From the NCBI GenBank assembly GCA_022813865.1, contig JALDZX010000112.1:1-34281 (forward strand): 34,281 nt of DNA, in the 5' to 3' direction. Source of the stretch: Xylographa opegraphella. Lineage: Eukaryota. Shown here piece after piece: positions 25,175 to 34,281 of the stretch. The notes under the pieces are model-generated. The model saw nothing but the letters and a program-made list of their open reading frames with translations. It made no database searches and was not told where the DNA came from. Position 1 is the stretch's first letter; each line of letters opens with the position of its first letter. Position numbers and translations under genes: made by a program.

Positions 25175-27021
25175 GGCGAAGTAGCTGGATTGATGTACGG
25201 GGGTAGACGATTAGAGAAGCCACGTTCTGGTGAAGGGTTTGGGGCTTTGACTTCTCCCTCGGCTTTCACGAGTGGTTGGGTGGGAGTTCTGCTGCAATAT
25301 GAATTTTTGTATTTCGAATAAATAGGCGTGGCTTGATTCTTGAGGCATCGTGTGCCCTTTTAGACCTTCGAACAGCAATGCGTTTCCGATCAGCTGGAAA
25401 GGCTCAGATGCATGATCTGGGGCGTCGGTTGGCTTGTCATTTGGCAGCCTACCATATCCGAGGAGAGACGGGAGCTTCAGCTTTCGAAGCCCTGTTCCAA
25501 TCGAGCCCAGATGCGCAACTATTGATTCACTGTGCAGAAGTTTCTGAGAGTATTCGGACAAGTGCAGTGGCCAGCCAATGGCAGTTCTATGGGTAGGCCG
25601 ACAAATATGTGTAGCTGCAAGCCACAACACGGTTTATCAATCATGGAAATGGTCTCTATTGGTTATTACTTCCCTCCAGCTGGTGGATGGCTGCTAGATA
25701 TGTCTCTAGTCTGCTAGCAGAGGATAGGCCGTATAGGTAATTATGGATGCGGGGTGACACGCAATTCACGCAATTCACGCAATGGAGATTCAGCACCCTG
25801 CCACGTTCAATGAGCTCTCAACGATTGGGTGTCTTGCATAGCTGAGGGCTGCGGTCCGTAGACGAGAGGGTGCTGCTAGCCCATAACAAGCTCAGACAAG
25901 CCTTCAACTCGATAAGCCAAGTTGGTCTAGACTGATAGTCTCCAATTCTACAACATTCCCCTTCCACCACATGATTCGCCATCTGCAATTTCTAGGCCTC
26001 AGACTCGGACGCTCCATCTCCACGAAGCCTACCTCTCCCGAAAGCTGTACGGTTTTTTTGTCAGCTACTCGAGTCCGACGGTTGAAACCACGATAACTCG
26101 TTTTTGGCGTGGTTTGAGGAGTCTTGATTTCGCTGCTGATGAGTGTTTGAAAAAGACTCCCAATTGGGATCCATTCGTAAAAGCTCGCGTCTGCTCAACA
26201 GTATTAGAAGTATCATGAACGAAGAGGTCTGATCTGCATTCTACTTCTTGCGATTCCTCTTGCCCCGATCCATATCTAGACAGTGTACGTTCTTTAAATG
26301 GTGGGTGAATGATCTGGTATTACTGAAAAGAAGTTTATACAAAGGAAGGGGGTTACGTAAACGGCCAAATGCTACTGCTATTTGATTTGTGATGACTCCG
26401 AATTTTTCTTTTCTGATCCATGAGCTCCATCTTGATGAGGCAGAAAACTTATCGTCAGCAAGACAAAAGGATAAAACCTGGGACGAATAAGTGTATTCTT
26501 AAGAAGTCTTATCCGCAAAGGCTAGGGTGAGTGGGTACTGGGTATCGTTATAAAGGAATATATCACTCCAATTCAACAGTTATATCAGATGTTCAATCAA
26601 ACCATTTATCCTGGATCGGCTGATAACGGCAACAAAGGTAAGGATGCTAGATTGACCAAGTTTTGGTGGCATCCTGAACGCACTTCGCGACAATATTGTT
26701 ACACCCAATGGCCATGAGTTGTTTATCTCCTCGGGTTGCAGCAAAATCTTGACCCCGATGAGCATGCTCGATTGCTGCATAGAACTGCGGATCCAGGCAC
26801 TATGGTACAGGTGGCTTCTTATACGAGCTCCACGCTGGATCGCGAGAGAAACCTGTAATGAAAGACGGTGGCCAAGCATAGCTTTTCATCCACCAAGAAG
26901 GGGCCGATGAGTAAGCTGAGAGACCGATGCTGAAGATTATAGTTCAATTGTATTTATCACTTATGCTGCTGAAGTGCGGCCTATCGTTCCCTGATAGCAA
27001 AGATTCATCCTCAGAGATGGT

Positions 27022-27238
27022 TTAGCCGCTGGCATTGAACTTTATCTCGATAACAGACATCGCCGTTCCCCGGCGGCGTCACCACGGCCTCGACAGAATA
27101 GCGCGAATCCGCGCGTCCGATCACGTCCCTCCAATCCTTCTCCGTCCGCTGAGGTACCTTCACCACCGTCGTCATCTGCATCGACCTGGTGGCCGAGAGG
27201 CGCTCCAACCACATCGGCCCCCGAGATGCTCGTCTTGG

Positions 27239-27245
<7 letters not shown>
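27022..27245 (-). pseudogene. 3' remnant of a fungal secondary-metabolism O-methyltransferase
   Basis: Across frameshifts it reads [13 protein letters not shown] / [46 protein letters not shown] / [14 protein letters not shown], matching the C-terminal pattern of fungal class II OMTs (KP..I...D.V...QM......RT..DW......AD.R......PPG..MSVIE). Confidence 0.72.
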
Positions 27246-27634
<389 letters not shown>

Positions 27635-28001
27635 GTCGAAACGGTACCGAATGGAGGCTATCTCTAGCGCACCCGTAAGTGAGCCTTGAACGTTTTTGAT
27701 AACGGCCGCTATCGAACGCCATTATCGAATCCTGGTTCTCTTATCGATAAGGCTATGTATTTCACGGTATTATTTTGAAATTCCGTGCTTCGTGCGATCT
27801 ACCTCTTTTTCCTGGGACCAGTCCACAAACGAAGGGAGAACTACTCCCCCCCCAAAAAGCAGTGTGATCGACGATTACTATTTGCGATTCAGTAGGTCTA
27901 TCTCTTGAAGATGCTATCTGCAGAACGACATTTATCTACAAAGACGCTCCGCTCTCCCGGGTAACTCGTATTTGGCTGCGTTGTTTATTGGCCAAATGTT
28001 T

Positions 28002-29025
28002 TCAGATAGGCACGACGATCTTGGTCCCGCTGACACCAGCCTTGAGCTTATCCAACGCTGCATTCAGACCCTCCAACCCACCACCTTCGATCTGGACCTC
28101 CGGGCTGGGGACGACGGAACCTGACTCCAGACCGTGGTGCAGCCAGCCGTGAAGGCACTGGTACATATGCTTGTCCCTGACGGCCGGGTCCATGGATGGG
28201 AAGTTGAAGATGATCTCCGTTTTGTCGAGCGTGGGGTGGTCGGGCGGTAGTATGGGCGAATGCGCGACTTTGGCGGCTGCACTGCCCTTGACCTCCTTGA
28301 GCACGTCCAGCATCGGCTGCAGCGATTCATTGACGACGCAGTGTGCAATGTTCAACTCGACCCCGTCCTTTTTAACCGCGGCAACGATCTGGGAAACGAC
28401 ATCGCTGGATTTATAGTCGAAGACGGCGTGGGCGCCGAGCGTTTGGAGGTAAGCGTGGTGCTTCGGGCTGGCGGTGGTGTAGACGGTGAAACCGAGGGAC
28501 TTGGCGGACTGGATGGCGAAGGTGCCGACGCTGCTGGCGCCGCCCCAGATGAGCACCGCCTGCTTGTCTTGCGGCGTATACCTGGTATCGAGCGAGATAC
28601 CGACCGTAGTCCAGGCCGTCAAAGCAGTCACAACAGCCAAGGGGAAAACGGCACCTTTTTCAAAGGAAAGGGCGTCTGGGAGAGCCACAACGCCTTCGGA
28701 TTGGGCCAGGGCGTTTCTCTGGAAGGCGCCGTGGTCTGCGGAGCCGTTTTGATAGAACGCCGACGCGGTCGCCGGGCGCGAGGCCGGTCGAGACTTTGGA
28801 GCCGACTTTGGCGACGATGCCCGCAGCGTCGGATCCGACAACGGCTGGATACACGGGCACCGGGGGCATGCCGAAATCGCGCTGATAGTAGTCGACGGGG
28901 TTTAGAGCGACGGCCTTGACTTCGATGAGGACCTCATTCGGGCCGGGCTCGGGCGTAGGGCGCTCGCCGACCGAGAAGGGCCCACCCTTCTGTGGGAGAA
29001 TCGCGGCTTGGTGCGTCGCTGGCAT
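28002..29025 (-). pseudogene. Frameshifted MDR-family oxidoreductase (zinc-binding ADH / trans-enoyl reductase-like), intronless
   Basis: GroES-like N-terminus MPATHQAA...EVLIEVKAVALNPVDY...GSDAAG...PGDRV in one frame; ASAFY...HGAFQ...VLIWGGASSVGTFAIQ...GVSGTKIVV in another. The frame switches at 28762-28767 with no room for an intron. Confidence 0.85.
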
Positions 29026-29277
29026 GGTGGATATAGAAGGGGAAGGGGATGTGGGGTGTGGGATGTGGGATGTGGAAGTCCGGCGGCTCGTAAGGGCTTT
29101 CTTGCCTTTCGAGCAGACGCTGTACACGAGAAACGGGAATGTGGTATCCAGAGCTGCCAGGCACGGAGAATAGGGATATAAACAGCTTTACTAGGCAACC
29201 ATTTGATCCCACTACGTAGCTCAGCTTTGTGGACTTTAGCTTAAGACCAGGCTTACATCCGGGAGTGGCGCGCTTGC

Positions 29278-29460
29278 TGTGACGGCTATGACATCAGTCA
29301 CAGGTGATAGGGGTCGGGCTGGATCAGGACTAGCACCTTAAGTATATAGTCTCGCCCATGGAGTAGGCTCACCGCTTCTCCATCTTAATCTGGGTTGAAA
29401 TCGTCCACCTAAAGCTTACGTTCTAGGCGTGCTTGTGTGGTGAGTTGATGAGCCGTAACG
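29278..29460 (+). mobile_element. Solo LTR, 183 bp
   Basis: Starts TGTGACGGCT and ends AGCCGTAACG (ACA in the copy at 1-60), giving a short terminal inverted repeat; internal TATATA at about 29343; two more partial copies in the window; no clear TSD. Confidence 0.8.
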
Positions 29461-30065
29461 TTGATTAAACTATATTAATAAAATTCAGAATCGTAACAAA
29501 TTATTTGCGATTAATTTAAAGAATTATTAATATTATTTCGCTGTATATTTAATTTAATGATAAAATATAGCTAAATTAAAATATGGTTAATTTATAATCG
29601 TCGGGTTAAAAATAATAGTATTAATATTTTAAATTAATAAAATATTTAAATATAAACGGGCGTAGCAACCACAATTTATAATAATTTCGACGGTTATTAT
29701 AAATAATAAAAAAAATCGCCTGGCATAAATTTATTTAAATTCCAAGAATAATAATATTAACCAGAAGATTAAAATTTTAAATAAATAAATTATAATATAA
29801 AAAGTTTTATTAACAGCGAATAAAACGCGTAATATAAAATGAAAGTTAATAAATTTGTAAAATAATAATAAATATATTTTATAATTTATAAATAATACCA
29901 ATTTATAATTTTTTTTTACGTTATTATCAACGCGCGAAATGAATTCAAACGCGTAAAACTTTCCTTTTACCTTAAAATTCGCAAAAATAATATATTTATT
30001 TTAAAATTATAATAAAACGCGCCTAAACCCCCCCTTAAAAAAGAGTGTTGATTATTAATTTTAAA
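29461..30065. repeat. AT-rich, RIP-like degenerated repeat DNA
   Basis: Abrupt switch to extreme A+T; no ORFs in the track; residual C/G largely in CpG. Confidence 0.75.
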
Positions 30066-30714
30066 GGGCCATTAGTTCGCACTAGCTAGACTAGGGGGGG
30101 GTCTGGGCATTCGAGGCAACATCCAGAGCCAAAACACTTGCGCAGGGGGCTTCGGACCGATATTTATCTTACCCAATCGGAAGCAGTCATTTTGTCACAG
30201 CCTTATACTGTGATAAGGTTAGCCGAGCCTGTCTGATCGTGCGCTTGACGCAACCCTAAGCTTCAGCCCTCTTCTATCACTCCACTTTCCTCTCCTTAAG
30301 CTGGAGTCTTGATAGATGAACTGCAATTTCTCCTGTATTATTCTCATATCGATCTGGAAGATCCATCTGTGTAAAAGTCTGGCTCCCTGGATACCAAGCA
30401 GGTAGGCTGGTCCTCAGCTCAGAGGGATGGTATGTCAATAGTCAATAGAATCGAAGTCCAGGCTTGGGGCCATACGCAAACAAATCATTGAGAGTGCGTT
30501 CTTAATTTTCAACCCTCGCTTCTTTCGCAAAACAGCCACAATTTCCAGTTTACTATACTTGTGAGAGCTAAAGTTGTATCATAACATCTTCGAGCAGGAG
30601 TGGTTTCAAGCGATGCTTGGCCGGGTTCAGAAAATAGACTACGTCCAATAACGTGTTTGTTCATCAACAATAATATTGCGTGATGCTCAGCTAGAGTTTC
30701 TAAAGAAACATACG

Positions 30715-31929
30715 ATGGACTTCTGTACGCTTGGCATGTTCATTATTGGTACGCCGAATGAATTTCCTGTGCCATTGAGACTTGTACGGCCTCGGTTCTG
30801 CTAATGACATCAAAGACGACATATTCTTTCCAATTCCGAGAACTCCAGTCATCAATATCATTGGAGGCGCAGGGGCATACTCAGCATTAGGAGCAAGACT
30901 GTTCAGAAAACCGCCTGCGGCGAAGCAGGTTAGCTGGACAATTCACACTGGTAGAGATTTCCCGGATGAGCTTCGTCATGAAATAGACTCGTGGGGAACT
31001 AGTTGCAGGTTCATCAACACCCCGGAGAGGCTGACCACCCACTCTTTGAACATTTATGGTGAAAACGAATATCGAGGTACGCAGTCACGTACCTATGGAC
31101 AGCTCTAAATCAGCTGATCCGCTCGTTGCAAGGCTTCGAATACACCACACCAAAGAAAAGAATAGATGAAACGATGCTCACAGAGGAGCAACTGCTGGCC
31201 AAGTGCTTCCATCTCATTTGTGCTCCCATACGTTGCATGCAACTAGTGGAAGGTATCATCAAAGCTCGCTCGACGTCCAAAACCGCAAAGGACTTGCCAT
31301 TGCCCGTTTTTGTCTGGGAACCGGTCCCGGACAGCTGCTGTCCGGAGGAGTACGATCATTTCCTCGATGCTCTGGAGGTCGTGGACGTAATCAGTCCAAA
31401 TCATCACGAATTGGCCGCCCTTTTTGGTCAGATAAATCAACTCAATAAGTCTAACGAGTCTGACTTGAATCTACTGCAAGTCCAGTGTGAAAGACTTCTG
31501 GCCGAAGGGTTTCCCAAACAACGCGGTAGTGTTGTAGTGCGGCGAGGAGAAAAGGGCTGTTGTGTCTATAGCAGATTCACTCGGACATTTTTTCCAGCAT
31601 ATTATCAGCCTAATCTTAACGGGTCCAAGAATAGTCTTTCTCTAACAGTACCGAAGTTAGTTGATCCAACAGGAGGTGGCAATGCATTCCTCGGCGGTTT
31701 CTGCATCGGACTGCTTGACGGAAACGACGAAAAGAGGGCCTCGTACGAGCAAGGAGCATTATGGGGTTCGGTTGCGGCCAGCTTCGCGATCGAGCAGGTG
31801 GGAATGCCCAAACTGAGTATTCGCGAAGATGGCACAGAATTATGGAACGGAGAAGCTGTGGCGGACCGGATCAAGGTCATGGGAGAGCGGGGGCCGTTAC
31901 CAATAGCCTTCTACAAACCCGAGACGTAG
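30715..31929 (+). CDS. PfkB/ribokinase-family carbohydrate kinase, Mak32-like (exons 30715-30748, 30817-31076, 31132-31929)
   Basis: MDFCTLGMFII|DDIFF, IIGGAGAYSALGARL, FVWEPVP, VISPNHHEL, VVRRGEKGC and pfkB signature VDPTGGGNAFLGGF. Confidence 0.9.
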
Positions 31930-32344
31930 CTGCTCATAGTGCGATAGTATTCATATTTCCTCAATAGTCGTAGCGTAATTGGCCAACGCCATAACAGAGA
32001 GATAGAACTTTCTATATAGACACGGGATCAGCTGGGGCTGTCAGTCGATTGTACAGCCGGACTGCAATCTGATAGGTCGTAGGAGAGCTGAACGAGATAC
32101 GAACGAGATACGTACTCCGGTTCCAATCCTGGCAACCAGAGAGTGAAGCCGTGGCCGTCCATTGTCCAACAATACTCTTGAAAGCGAAGCCAACAGGCAG
32201 CACTTCTCCGCCCATTCCTGGACCCCACCTCATCTTACACGCAACCACCACCACAAAGTCCACCCACTTCCCACCCCCCCCCCACACCCCTCTCCGTATA
32301 CCCCTCAAGACGCCCACCAAGCCGCCCCCCCCCCTCACACCCAC

Positions 32345-32787
32345 TCACTCCGCATCCGCCATCGCCCTCTCATGCTCTATAACCTGTTTACTCCAACTAC
32401 TCCCCCCCACACATCAGCCTAACCCCCTCCCAAAAAGACTAACCAACCAAAGAAGCAACAGAACATGCACTCACTACCGACTGGGGTAAAACCTCCCCTT
32501 CTCCGGAAAGCGTGTCCTTGTCTCCCGCTCCGCGCTGACGCTCCACACCATGGCCGTGACGCCGACCACTACCGCAGCCATGACGGCCGTGTTAGCTTTC
32601 CAGTTCGCCGGCTGCGCGTACCAGCCGCCGGCGGGGGACCAGACGTGTTTGGGGTAGCTGGGCGTGGTCGTTAGCGCGGGGACTTGGAGGGAGAGGGGAG
32701 GATGGGTTACGGGATCTTGCCGCCGCTGGAGTGGGAGACGGATGCGCCTTTGGCGGTGGTGGTTTTGATGGAGTGGTCAGCTTCCAT
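32345..32787 (-). CDS. Small conserved fungal membrane protein, NUUM-like accessory subunit of respiratory complex I (exons 32787-32711, 32657-32475, 32396-32345); absent from the ORF track
   Basis: Spliced: ...SGGKIP|YPKHVWSPAGGWYAQPANWKANTAVMAAVVVGVTAMVWSVSAERE...PEKGRFYPSRY|WSKQVIEHERAMADAE*; canonical introns. The NUUM assignment is from recalled motif similarity. Confidence 0.85.
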
Positions 32788-32989
32788 GGTGGGGGGAGGG
32801 CGGTGGGTGGTTATCGTGAAGTGGTTGTGGAGGTGATGTCTTGGCAAGAAAAGAGGACACAAAAACTACCCCGTACTCAGTCGCGGCTTACCGGGTATAG
32901 CCGCTTTAGCGGGTAAACTAGGCAACGTGGGGTAATTTAGCATTTAGCTCGAGTGACGCGACATCCAAACTTGTCGGTAGTTCGAGTCA

Positions 32990-33668
32990 CAATTTTTTTC
33001 TCGAATAATGTTATATATACCCCGGCTCGATTTATATCGCTATTAAATTTTATCGTGAAACGCGTTATAAAAATTTTGAACGTAAATATATAAAACGTAA
33101 TATATATATTATAATAAAATAAAATATATTTATTTTCGTATTTAATCGTGTTTTAATTATATTAATCGTATTGATATATCGCTAAATTAATCTTTTACAG
33201 TTGAAAAAACTTTTTTAAAATCGAGAATTTCTTTTAAAAATTATTATTATATCGTTATTAATTTAATTTCTTTATCGTAATATTTAAAATAATAAAAAAT
33301 ATAATTTTTTAAATAGTTTAAACGATTTCTGCGATATCACAAATTCGTAGCGAATTATCTATAAATTTAATTTAATGAAAAAATTAAAAAAACGTATGAA
33401 TGTCATTAAAGAATCGTAATTTTTAAAAATTAAAAAATTCGGTCGAAAAATCGAGATTATAGTAAATTTTCAAAAAAATATTTTATTTTATTTTACTTTG
33501 TCCCTTAAAATTGTAATAATTAATTAATTAATTATAAAGTTTAAAATTAGTATAAAAATGAATATTCGTCAACGATAATTTTATAAATAAAATTTTTTTA
33601 TTTTATTTTTAACGAGATCGTATATACGCGGCGCGTATACGTTAAAATTTATAAAAAATGTTGAAAAT
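32990..33668. repeat. AT-rich, RIP-like degenerated repeat DNA
   Basis: Extreme A+T, CpG retained, no ORFs in the track. Confidence 0.75.
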
Positions 33669-33728
33669 CAGGGCGTTAGCAGTCTGTGTTGTTGGTCCTT
33701 TACTATAGCCGATTAGGCCTAGCTTAGT

Positions 33729-33749
33729 NNNNNNNNNNNNNNNNNNNNN
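33729..33749. other. Assembly gap (21 N)
   Basis: Run of n, flanked by short GC-normal stretches inside AT-rich DNA, suggesting an unresolved younger repeat. Confidence 0.99.
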
Positions 33750-33839
33750 TGGAGCCCCGTCTCCAGAAGAACTCTTCACCTTCTTAGTGATTAAGCAATG
33801 CACTGTTACCTGCTGCCATTACCTGTGCCTAGTGATTAG

Positions 33840-34218
33840 TTTCAATAAAAAATAAATAAACGAAAGTTAAAAAAATTGAAATTATTAACGAAAAAAACGG
33901 AATTACGAAAAAAAATAAGCGAAAATATTAATAAATAAATACATTAATTTCGTTCATCAAAAATCGAAAGTAAAATAAAAACGCAATCGTTGATTAATAA
34001 AAATAATAAAAATGTATTACATTTAATAACCTTAACGAAGGCTTCAAACGAAATCGATATCTTTTTTTAAATAAATATCGTAAAAAATTTAATTTCTTTT
34101 ATTATCGATTTATAGTTCGAATAGATTTAAAAATTATTTTTATTATTTTAATCTTACTTTTTTTTACTTTTTTATTATATAATATTAATTTAATTGTAAT
34201 TAATTATTGGTCGTAACT
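33840..34218. repeat. AT-rich, RIP-like degenerated repeat DNA
   Basis: Same composition as the other two tracts. Confidence 0.75.
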
Positions 34219-34281
34219 TGTGACGATTATGACATCAGTCACAAGAAATAGGGGTCGGGCTGGATCAGGACTAGCACCTTT
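34219..34281 (+). mobile_element. 5' end of an LTR (partial copy, cut by the window end)
   Basis: 57/63 identical to 29278-29340; starts with TGTGACG. Confidence 0.8.

Noticed and set aside
25211..25630. 139-aa minus-strand ORF
   Set aside because: No ATG start (begins at a near-cognate codon), no recognisable motif; overlaps the likely promoter of the orphan gene.
25758..25783. 9-bp tandem GCAATTCAC; also the 11-bp duplication at 32090-32111 and GGGATGT repeats at about 29045-29075
   Set aside because: Ordinary slippage repeats; no spacers, so not CRISPR-like.
26580..26930. Minus frame FYAAIEHAHRGQDF...CNNIVAKCVQ resembling an integrase zinc-binding (H2C2) domain
   Set aside because: Motif incomplete, stops on both sides, no other TE domain nearby; needs an HMM search.
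29278..29460. Repeat as 5S rRNA, tRNA or SINE
   Set aside because: No 5S or tRNA motifs or A/B boxes recognised; TG...CA ends with a short inverted repeat fit an LTR.
30021..30108. GCCTAAACCCCCCCT ... AGGGGGGGGTCTGGGC as terminal inverted repeats of a small MITE
   Set aside because: Match is mostly a homopolymer; no TSD or second copy.
32866..32937. Nested short hairpins upstream of the NUUM-like gene as an ncRNA
   Set aside because: Stems of 4-7 bp in GC-rich promoter DNA are expected by chance; no known RNA motif recognised.

Overview
Eukaryotic DNA from a filamentous ascomycete (Pezizomycotina), with short GT-AG introns and CTRAY branch points; a lichen-type fungus is plausible but unproven. 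Bases 0.6-23.8 kb are a dense housekeeping block: EXO70, RAD26/ATRIP, CDS1, an intronless HET-domain gene, MRPL3, LHP1 (La), LSM4, a PPR gene, NAM9 and a secreted single-pass membrane protein. Bases 24-30 kb are an accessory, decaying zone. It holds a 3-exon orphan gene, 5'-truncated remnants of an O-methyltransferase and a flavin-dependent halogenase fused back-to-back, a frameshifted MDR/enoyl-reductase-like gene, a 183-bp solo LTR and an AT-rich RIP-like tract. A pfkB/Mak32-like kinase and a small NUUM-like complex I subunit gene follow, then more RIP-like DNA and an N gap. Both ends of the window fall inside further copies of the same LTR. Best leads: the collapsed halogenase/methyltransferase cluster relic, a 145-bp hairpin just upstream of the PPR gene, the head-to-head La/LSM4 pair, CpG-sparing AT tracts and the orphan beta-rich protein. 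Family calls come from motifs I recognised by eye; no searches were run.
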